NCBI GenBank assembly: GCA_029932755.1
Contig: JAOZPK010000001.1
Coordinates: 1 to 48,579, forward strand
DNA length: 48,579 nucleotides
Direction: 5' to 3'
Source of the DNA: Candidatus Cloacimonadota bacterium
GTDB lineage: Bacteria; Cloacimonadota; Cloacimonadia; Cloacimonadales; TCS61
Position 1 is the stretch's first letter. Each line of letters begins with the position of its first letter. The position numbers were made by a program, and so were the translations under genes. Below the pieces are notes generated by a model that made no database searches, was not told the origin of the DNA, and saw nothing but the letters and a program-made list of their open reading frames with translations. Below are positions 33,119-40,714 of this stretch, piece by piece.

Positions 33119-35859
33119 GTGAAAATAAATTGTATCAACGATCAACTGAGGATGTTCTAAAGACCTTAGATTCATCACCCAAAGGATTAACCTCTTCAGA
33201 AGCGGGATCGAGATCTGCAAAATATGGGAAAAATGAGCTGATCACAAGTAAAAGCATTTCTCCCATAATAAAATTTTTAGTTCAATTCAAAGATGTATTT
33301 ATGATCGTGCTTTTGGTTGCTGCAAGCTTATCTTTCTTTATTAAAAGTTATCGTGACGGTATCATCATGTTAACTATTGCCCTCATCAATGCAGTGATTG
33401 GCTTTATGCAGGAATATAAAGCGGAAAAAATCATGGAATCGTTGAAGAAACTGGTACAGTCGCCATCAAAAGTGTTCCGTGATGGAGAGTTCACTGAGAT
33501 CCATCAGGGAGAGTTGGTTCCGGGTGATATTGTCAGTTTGGAGGAGGGGGATAAGATTCCCGCCGATATCAGGATCATAGAATCATTTAACTTGCGCACC
33601 AATGATGTCTCTCTAACCGGTGAATCGATGCCGCAGGATAAGCATAGCAATGCGATAGCAAAAGAGAGCCAGTTGGCAGACAGAGATAACATGGTCTATT
33701 TGGGAACAACAGTAGCATCCGGTAATGCCAAAGGAATCGTTACAACCACGGGCATGAATACGGAGATGGGAAGGATTGCCGATCTTACGCAGGAGGAGGA
33801 TAGCTCCCGTTCACCTTTGCAGCAGGAGCTGCAGAGCGTTGCCAATCGATTAACTATTTTCGCAGTTATCATTGCTGTCTTTTTATTTCTTATTAGTGCC
33901 CTGCAGGGACTAGGTATTAACTTTGCCTTTATCTATGCTTTGGGTATTGCAGTTGCTGTTGTACCTCAAGCCTTGCCGATGCAGATAACTGTTGCGCTCA
34001 CTCAGGGAGTAAATCATCTGGCCAAAGAGAATGCAGTTGTAAAGAAACTATCTTCTGTAGAGACCCTGGGCTCAACTAATGTGATCTGTACAGACAAAAC
34101 CGGCACCTTGACCAAGAATGAGATGACCGTTAAAGAGTTATGGTTTTCCGGTAAATATTATAAGATCACAGGTCTGGGTTATAAACCGGAAGGAACTATA
34201 CTGGATCAGGATGATAAAGAACTTTCCCAAAAGGATATATATGAGATCGAGGTGATGCTCGATGCTGCGACCATGGCTTCCAATGCAACTATCCATGCAC
34301 CTGATGAGAACCATCACAGCTGGTATCCGGTGGGTGATCCAACTGAGGCTGCGCTGATAACACTTTCTACCAAACTGGGAACCCACTCCCCTACCGAAGA
34401 TGAAGAGAATCCTGAGCTTCATGAATTCAGCTTCGATTCGGTCCGTAAACGAATGAGCTCTATCCGCCAATTCGGTGATGAAAAATATCTGACAATGAAA
34501 GGGGCTACTGACAGTATTCTTTCGGTAAGCAAGCATATCTGGCGGAACGGCAAGAAAGAGACGATCACCGATAAAGATAAGCAGAAGATTGAAAACATCA
34601 ATGATGAATATTCCAAAGAGGCAATGAGAGTGATCGCGATCGCCTATAGAAAATTGGATGTAGATGAGAACGATTATGTTCTGGAGGATATTGAAAAGGA
34701 CGTAATATTCTTAGGACTTATCGCCATGACCGATCCTCCAAAGAAAGGTGTAAGGGAAGCTATCGATAGTGCTCATGCAGCTCATATCCGCACATTTATA
34801 ATGACAGGAGATCATGCTGTTACTGCCCAGGCAGTCGGCAAAGAGATAAACCTTTCAGCTTTAGGTGAAGATGTACCGGTTATTACAGGTGCAGAGTTTA
34901 CAGATCTTTCTAATGAAGAGCTGAATAAGATCATGACAGAAAATGATTCTCTCATTTTCAGCAGGGTATCACCGGAAAATAAATTAAGGATTGTGAAACT
35001 ACTGAAAGAACAGGATAAGATCGTGGCAGTTACGGGAGATGGAGTAAATGATGCACCAGCACTCAAGAGTGCACACATCGGTGTTGCGATGGGACAAATG
35101 GGGACAGATGTTTCCAAACAGGCAGCTGAATTAATTTTACTTGATGACAGCTTTCCCACATTGGTCAGTGCGATCCGAGAAGGCAGGATCATCTATAATA
35201 ATCTCAGGAAAACAGTTTTAGCTTCACTCACAAGTAACGGAGCTGAATTAGCAGTTGTATTGCTTGGATTATTGGGCGTAACACTATTCAAGTGGCCTAT
35301 CCCGATCCTGGCAATTCAGATATTGGCTATCGATCTATTTGCTGAGATACTGCCCCTGACAGCACTTACATTTGATCCCGGCTCTAAGGATTTGATGCAT
35401 TCACCCCCGCGAAGCCGTACAGAGCATATTATAAATAAGAGGACTTCTACAGAGATCATTTTCTTAGGCTTTCTGATGGGCTTATTGGCATTTCTTAATT
35501 TCGGGTTCTTTATCAAGCGCATGGGTATCGTACTTACGGCAGATCATATCCTATATGCCAGAGCTACAACTATCTGTTACACAACTATAGCTTTCACACA
35601 GTTTATTAATATTCTCTCCAGGCGCTACGACCTGAAGTCAATATTCTCGAAAAATTTATTCAATAATCCCAAGATGTTCTATTCAATAATCTTCTCGATA
35701 TCCATCTGTTTGTTGGCAATTTATACTCCCGGCTTTAACAATTTCCTTGCATTTGCCCCATTGCATTTAAGCGATTGGATCTCAATTTTTGTAGCTTCAG
35801 CGATCTTTTTATTAACTCATGAACTGATTAAGGTTTTTAAGAATATGAAAAGAAAGTGA
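33115..35859 (+). CDS. P-type cation-transporting ATPase (P2-like), ion specificity uncertain
   Basis: TTG start 7 nt after GAGGAG. Carries an N-terminal cation-ATPase domain, TGES, DKTGTLT, MTGD and GDGVNDAPAL motifs, and 10 predicted TM segments. The TM4 motif reads VPQALP instead of PEGLP. Confidence 0.9.
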   Translation: MSENKLYQRSTEDVLKTLDSSPKGLTSSEAGSRSAKYGKNELITSKSISPIIKFLVQFKDVFMIVLLVAASLSFFIKSYRDGIIMLTIALINAVIGFMQEYKAEKIMESLKKLVQSPSKVFRDGEFTEIHQGELVPGDIVSLEEGDKIPADIRIIESFNLRTNDVSLTGESMPQDKHSNAIAKESQLADRDNMVYLGTTVASGNAKGIVTTTGMNTEMGRIADLTQEEDSSRSPLQQELQSVANRLTIFAVIIAVFLFLISALQGLGINFAFIYALGIAVAVVPQALPMQITVALTQGVNHLAKENAVVKKLSSVETLGSTNVICTDKTGTLTKNEMTVKELWFSGKYYKITGLGYKPEGTILDQDDKELSQKDIYEIEVMLDAATMASNATIHAPDENHHSWYPVGDPTEAALITLSTKLGTHSPTEDEENPELHEFSFDSVRKRMSSIRQFGDEKYLTMKGATDSILSVSKHIWRNGKKETITDKDKQKIENINDEYSKEAMRVIAIAYRKLDVDENDYVLEDIEKDVIFLGLIAMTDPPKKGVREAIDSAHAAHIRTFIMTGDHAVTAQAVGKEINLSALGEDVPVITGAEFTDLSNEELNKIMTENDSLIFSRVSPENKLRIVKLLKEQDKIVAVTGDGVNDAPALKSAHIGVAMGQMGTDVSKQAAELILLDDSFPTLVSAIREGRIIYNNLRKTVLASLTSNGAELAVVLLGLLGVTLFKWPIPILAIQILAIDLFAEILPLTALTFDPGSKDLMHSPPRSRTEHIINKRTSTEIIFLGFLMGLLAFLNFGFFIKRMGIVLTADHILYARATTICYTTIAFTQFINILSRRYDLKSIFSKNLFNNPKMFYSIIFSISICLLAIYTPGFNNFLAFAPLHLSDWISIFVASAIFLLTHELIKVFKNMKRK

Positions 35860-35876
35860 ACAGTAGATTTAATATA

Positions 35877-35908
35877 ATGGGTAGCTTTTCAGCTTCCCAT
35901 TTTGTTTT
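35877..35908 (+). terminator. rho-independent terminator after the P-type ATPase gene
   Basis: Stem ATGGGTAGCT / AGCTTCCCAT (one mismatch), loop TTTC, followed by TTTGTTTT. Confidence 0.65.
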
Positions 35909-36036
35909 CATTATAAATTGTAGAATGATCTTAAATATTCATAGTAATAATAAACAAGTTGACAAACATACAATTAAAACTCCTTATGTGAATAGTAATT
36001 CAAATTTTAAACAAAAAAAGATAAACAGGAGGAACA

Positions 36037-37236
36037 ATGATCATTTCAAAAAAAATCTTATTTTTAATTTTTATTCTTTTATCTTCAGCTTTGTATTCTA
36101 CAATTATTAATGTACCGGCAGACCAACCAACAATACAAGTAGGAATCGATGCTTCTACAATCGCAGACACAGTTCTTGTACAACCCGGAACATATGTTGA
36201 AAATATTAATTTCAACGGAAAGCTTATTACACTTGGATCATTATTCTTAACAACACAAGACTCAAGTTATATTTTATCAACTATTATTGATGGAAATGCT
36301 GCTAGTCGTGTTGTAAGTTTTGTTAGTAGTGAAAATTCATCCGCTATATTAAATGGATTCACTATTACAAATGGCTCAAGTTCTTATGGTGCTGGTATTT
36401 ATTGTAATGGTGCAAGTCCAACTCTGGTAAATCTTCTAATAAAAGAAAATACAGCTATAAGTGGTGGAGGTGGAGTATCATGTTACCACGCTAGTCCAAC
36501 CTTTAAGAATGTAACTTTAATCAACAATCATACCGATAGTCAAGGTGGAGGAATTTATTGTTATGGTAATAGTAATTCGTTAATAGAGAATGTAACTATT
36601 TCTAATAATACTGCTACTGTAGGCGGTGGAATCTGGTCTCATACTTCAGAACCGAATATTATAAATTCTATTCTTTGGAATAATTCACCTTGGGAAATAG
36701 ATTTAAACTCGAGTGCAATTACAGTATCGTATTCAGATATTGAAGGTGGTGAAGCCGGAATTGCAATTAACAATAACTGCACAGTGAATTGGTTGGATGG
36801 CAATATAGATGAAGATCCTTTGTTTGTTGATGCCGGCAATGGAGATTACAATTTGACTGAAGGTTCTCCTTGTATAGATGCCGGAGATCCAAGCTCACCT
36901 TTAGATCCGGACGGTACAACTGCAGATATGGGAGCTTGGTTTTATGATCAAAGCAGTGCAATTGAGGAAAATGAAATTCAGAATGTAAACTATAATCTAT
37001 CAAATTACCCCAATCCATTTAACCCGCTTACAACAATAAAATTTGATATAAAAGAGAATGAGATCGGTACCTTAAAAATATTCAACATGAAGGGGCAATT
37101 ATTAGAATCGTATCAGTTTGATGCAGGAGAACATAATTTCCAATGGGATGCATCCAATATGAGTTCGGGCGTTTATTTATATCAACTGCAAACAGAAAAT
37201 ACTACTGTAAATAAGAAGATGCTGCTACTAAAATAG
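36037..37236 (+). CDS. secreted right-handed beta-helix repeat protein with T9SS C-terminal sorting domain
   Basis: AGGAGG RBS and a signal peptide. Repeated GGGI(Y/W)C...N..I.NN turns. C-terminal NYPNPFNPLTTIKF...GVYLYQLQ...KKMLLLK tail. Confidence 0.85.
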   Translation: MIISKKILFLIFILLSSALYSTIINVPADQPTIQVGIDASTIADTVLVQPGTYVENINFNGKLITLGSLFLTTQDSSYILSTIIDGNAASRVVSFVSSENSSAILNGFTITNGSSSYGAGIYCNGASPTLVNLLIKENTAISGGGGVSCYHASPTFKNVTLINNHTDSQGGGIYCYGNSNSLIENVTISNNTATVGGGIWSHTSEPNIINSILWNNSPWEIDLNSSAITVSYSDIEGGEAGIAINNNCTVNWLDGNIDEDPLFVDAGNGDYNLTEGSPCIDAGDPSSPLDPDGTTADMGAWFYDQSSAIEENEIQNVNYNLSNYPNPFNPLTTIKFDIKENEIGTLKIFNMKGQLLESYQFDAGEHNFQWDASNMSSGVYLYQLQTENTTVNKKMLLLK

Positions 37237-37260
37237 GTAAAGTAGTTATTTCATCAAATA

Positions 37261-37287
37261 AAAAAGCCCGATAAAATCGGGCTTTTT
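37261..37287. terminator. bidirectional rho-independent terminator between convergent genes
   Basis: AAAAA-GCCCGAT-AAA-ATCGGGC-TTTTT. The perfect 7-bp stem is flanked by an A-run and a T-run. Confidence 0.85.
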
Positions 37288-37308
37288 ATTAATAAGTTTA
37301 TCTATTAT

Positions 37309-38175
37309 TTAAAATAGTTTATAACTCAATCCTAAGCCAAGTGTCTCTTTGAATTGAATTTCATCAATAACCATTTCGTTATAGAGTAATTGAATATAAA
37401 GTTTGAGATTGATCAGACTTGTTAAACTAATATCAACATCATGCTGCCAGTTCATTCTTACTTGTTTCCAGTCATCTTCATATTCCGATCCTTCCAAGCT
37501 TTCCGATTCAGAATAAACAATAGGTTTATAAAGATTTAAGTTTGTGGAATACTTGATCATATTCTCTTTAAACGGTTTAGTGTAAATAGCTACAAACTCC
37601 ACACCGCCATCATTTGTATTATCATCAAGATTACTGTCAAAATACTGTTTGAACGCTGCACCAAGACGAGTACTTAATTCCTGTGTGTCATCCTTAATAA
37701 ATACTTTAGCAATACCAAAAGTTTCTGTTATAGTATTCGGATTGAATATTTTTGTCTCTTCCTCGCTTTCATCCAAGAACTGTGATTTATCCCTGAAACT
37801 GGCAAAAGGATCTACAAAGGCACCCAGTGTGAAACGGAACATCGATTCAAAATCGACCAAGTCTGTAGATTTATCCGGTTTTGCCCAATATTTTTCATCC
37901 GTTAATTCATCTACCATTTGTGTGTGGGTTTGACCAAAAGCGAGCTTGAGCGTATTCTTATTATGCAATTTTGCCGTTAACTGCTTTTCCGCCAAAAAAT
38001 TTGCATTGAATACCCAGGAAATTGATCCTCTCTCTTCACCAGCCCAATTGTCGCTGTAAGCATTTTGATTCATTGTAAGCGAAAGATCAGCAGCCATATT
38101 CCAATCATCTGCCATTAATCCTGCAGCTACAATCATAACCACCAAAATTAAAGTTATTTTTTTCATTTTTACCAC
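37309..38175 (-). CDS. putative outer-membrane beta-barrel protein (DUF3078-like by recollection)
   Basis: Signal peptide, an early NQNAYSDNWAGEERGSISW segment, alternating beta-strand pattern, and a C-terminal ...LGLSYKLF aromatic terminus. Confidence 0.6.
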   Translation of the reverse strand: MVKMKKITLILVVMIVAAGLMADDWNMAADLSLTMNQNAYSDNWAGEERGSISWVFNANFLAEKQLTAKLHNKNTLKLAFGQTHTQMVDELTDEKYWAKPDKSTDLVDFESMFRFTLGAFVDPFASFRDKSQFLDESEEETKIFNPNTITETFGIAKVFIKDDTQELSTRLGAAFKQYFDSNLDDNTNDGGVEFVAIYTKPFKENMIKYSTNLNLYKPIVYSESESLEGSEYEDDWKQVRMNWQHDVDISLTSLINLKLYIQLLYNEMVIDEIQFKETLGLGLSYKLF

Positions 38176-38176
38176 C

Positions 38177-38983
38177 TTATTCTTTAATCATGTGAACATC
38201 CATCTGCGGATATGGAATGCTTATATTCGCTTTATCAAATTCTTCTTTTGCACTCTCGATCAGATCAAAATGAACAGTCCAATAATCTTCTGTTTTGCTC
38301 CAGACACGAACTGTGAAATCAATTGAACTATCACCCAAATTCCCCAACCTTACAAAAGGTTCCGGATCTTTTAAGATCAATTTATGCTCTTTGATTATCT
38401 TGTTCAGTATATCTTTGACCTTACTTATATCAGCCTCATAGCCTACACCGAAGGTCAGATCAACACGTCTTGTCTTTTCAGCTGTATAGTTTGTAATCGT
38501 GCCGTTCATGATCTGAGCATTGGGTACAATGATCTTTTTATTATCAACCGTATTGATATCGGTTGTAAATATACTGATCTTACTTATACTTCCGGATACA
38601 CCACCAGCTTCTACATAATCACCCAATTTAAATGGTCTGAAGAGGATTATTAAAAATCCGGCAGCGAAATTGGAGAGTGAACCCTGCAGAGCCAGACCAA
38701 TTGCCAAACCGGCTGCACCAATAATCGTCATGAATGAAGTGGTTTGTATACCAATTTGTGAAAGAGCAGCTAGAATTACAAATATGTATAAAGCACTAAA
38801 AACCATCGATGAGGCAAAAGATGAGATAGTTTTATCTACATTCTTTTTATCCATCACTTTTACGATCAATTTTTGCAAAACTTTTGAAACCATGCGTCCA
38901 ATAATCAAAATGGCAACAGCTGCAATTATTTTTATACCAAAAGTAGCTCCCCATTCAATTAACTTGTTTAATAATTGTTCCAT
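38177..38983 (-). CDS. small-conductance mechanosensitive channel (MscS family)
   Basis: Three N-terminal TM helices followed by the conserved beta-domain segment FKLGDYVEAGGVSGSISKISIFTTDINTVDNKKIIVPN. Confidence 0.88.
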   Translation of the reverse strand: MEQLLNKLIEWGATFGIKIIAAVAILIIGRMVSKVLQKLIVKVMDKKNVDKTISSFASSMVFSALYIFVILAALSQIGIQTTSFMTIIGAAGLAIGLALQGSLSNFAAGFLIILFRPFKLGDYVEAGGVSGSISKISIFTTDINTVDNKKIIVPNAQIMNGTITNYTAEKTRRVDLTFGVGYEADISKVKDILNKIIKEHKLILKDPEPFVRLGNLGDSSIDFTVRVWSKTEDYWTVHFDLIESAKEEFDKANISIPYPQMDVHMIKE

Positions 38984-39003
38984 AATTTTCTCCTAATTTT
39001 TAT

Positions 39004-39031
39004 GTGTGCACCCTGCAAGCAGGATGCACAC
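39004..39031. other. intercistronic stem-loop between the ompA-like and mscS genes
   Basis: GTGTGCACCCTGC-AA-GCAGGATGCACAC, a 13-bp stem with one mismatch. No U-tract follows on the transcribed (minus) strand. Confidence 0.5.
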
Positions 39032-39059
39032 AATTTATGTTTATTTACTTAGATATGTA

Positions 39060-40457
39060 CTATTTTGTTCTAAAGAATTCAATACGTCGATTCTTAGCTT
39101 TTCCTTCTTTTGTGCTATTGGAAGTCATCGGATTTTCAGGTCCATAACCATTTGCAGTCAATCTATCAGCTTGAACACCCTGATTGATCAGATAATTTCT
39201 CACAGATTCCGCTCTTTGCTTTGATATTTTCATGTTGAATTTAAGTGAACCTGTATTATCGGTATAGCCGTTAATTTCAAGATTCATTTCAGGATAGTCG
39301 TTAAGAGTGCGAACAACTTTTCCAAGTACCTTTTTTGTATCATAAGATAGTTCAGAGCTGCCCGAAGCAAAATTTACACCATCAAGTATAATCGGTGCTT
39401 TTGTTTCAAATACGATCTCAGGTTTCTTATCAGGACATCCGTCTTCATCTTCAAAACCATTTAAAGTTTCCGCTTCATTCGGGCATTTATCGTCAACATC
39501 TAAAATACCATCATTATCGTTATCCAGATCCGGTGCTCCATCTTCATCTTCAAAGCCGTCAAAATCTTCTGCTACATTTGGAGACAGATCATCTACGTCT
39601 AAAATACCATCACCATCATTATCATCTTCCGGCACACCATCTTCATCTTCAAAACCATCAATATCTTCTGCTATGTTCGGCTCTTTATCATCTACATCTA
39701 AAACTCCATCACCATCATTATCATATTCCGGGGCTCCATCTTCATCTTCAAAACCATCAAAATCTTCAGGATTCAGAGGATCTGCATCATATTTATCTTT
39801 AATACCATCATTATCAGTATCTTTAGCACTTACTAAATGAAGGTTAAATCCCAATCTTGCTTCCAAGACTCCTGTCTCTACTGCATCAATGGGACCATAA
39901 CCGGACATATTCAGTTCATTATTTATCAAGTGATTGTAGCGAAATCCAGCTTCAATACCAATTACTCTGGTTAAATAATATTCAAAACCAAGCCCCATAA
40001 CTACCATTGCACAATTATCATTTCTTACAGACTCGCCAAGTTCTTCTGAATATGAAAAATTAATATCACTTACATTTGAAACATCTTTCAAATCCCAAAA
40101 CAACATTCCGGCACCAAGTGAAGCATATGGTACAAATTTCATATCCTTAGTAAAATTATATTTCAAAGAAATTGATAACGGAGTAAGATAGGTTAAATAA
40201 TAGAAATCTCCATTGTCGTCATAGTCTTTGGGACGTGACCAGCCTTTACCTGCTGAAAATTCCATACCAACACTTTCACTAAAGTATATCCCAATTTGAC
40301 CACCACTCCACATTTTCCATTGGTTAGTCTCTTTACCACCAAAGAGGCTAATCCCACTTGCATGGATACCAATGTATGGTTTACCGCCTTCAACTTGTGC
40401 ATTCAACCCAACATTTAACGAAATCAAAATAACAAACAATACTACTAGTTTTTTCAT
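39060..40457 (-). CDS. OmpA-family protein: N-terminal beta-barrel, thrombospondin type-3 (Ca-binding) repeats, C-terminal OmpA peptidoglycan-binding domain
   Basis: Signal peptide, then the acidic repeats DxDGFEDEDGxPxxDNDGDGILDVDD, then a C-terminal INGYTDNTGS...NRRIEF OmpA_C segment. Confidence 0.9.
   Translation of the reverse strand: MKKLVVLFVILISLNVGLNAQVEGGKPYIGIHASGISLFGGKETNQWKMWSGGQIGIYFSESVGMEFSAGKGWSRPKDYDDNGDFYYLTYLTPLSISLKYNFTKDMKFVPYASLGAGMLFWDLKDVSNVSDINFSYSEELGESVRNDNCAMVVMGLGFEYYLTRVIGIEAGFRYNHLINNELNMSGYGPIDAVETGVLEARLGFNLHLVSAKDTDNDGIKDKYDADPLNPEDFDGFEDEDGAPEYDNDGDGVLDVDDKEPNIAEDIDGFEDEDGVPEDDNDGDGILDVDDLSPNVAEDFDGFEDEDGAPDLDNDNDGILDVDDKCPNEAETLNGFEDEDGCPDKKPEIVFETKAPIILDGVNFASGSSELSYDTKKVLGKVVRTLNDYPEMNLEINGYTDNTGSLKFNMKISKQRAESVRNYLINQGVQADRLTANGYGPENPMTSNSTKEGKAKNRRIEFFRTK
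39429..39821 (-). repeat. coding tandem repeat (99-nt / 33-aa period, about 3.4 copies) encoding TSP3-like acidic motifs
   Basis: The unit E-D-x-D-G-F-E-D-E-D-G starts at residues 231, 264, 297 and 330, giving an exact 33-residue spacing. Confidence 0.85.
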
Positions 40458-40714
40458 TTAAGCCTCCATATTCTTTTTTATTTGTAATTATAATAATTAA
40501 TACTTCTAATCAATCAAGAAATATGAATTATTTTAATTTGTAATATGATACTAAATTTAAGATATATGTCAAATAAAAAATCCTGACAATATTTTACTAT
40601 ATCAAATAATTATATATGTGATTTCTGTTTTTATTTCTCTTTACAGCAATATTGGAGTTTCGTTTTTGTTGGTTATGAGTAAAATTGTGTTTTTTAACTT
40701 TTTAAGGAGATAAT

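Noticed and set aside
35856-36215. ORFs 35856-36110 (+) and 36000-36215 (-) in the region upstream of and overlapping the beta-helix protein gene.
   Set aside because: Their translations are low-complexity and AT-rich-driven (runs of N/K/F/I) with no RBS. They span the ATPase terminator and the promoter/5' end of the 36037 gene, so they are most likely non-coding.
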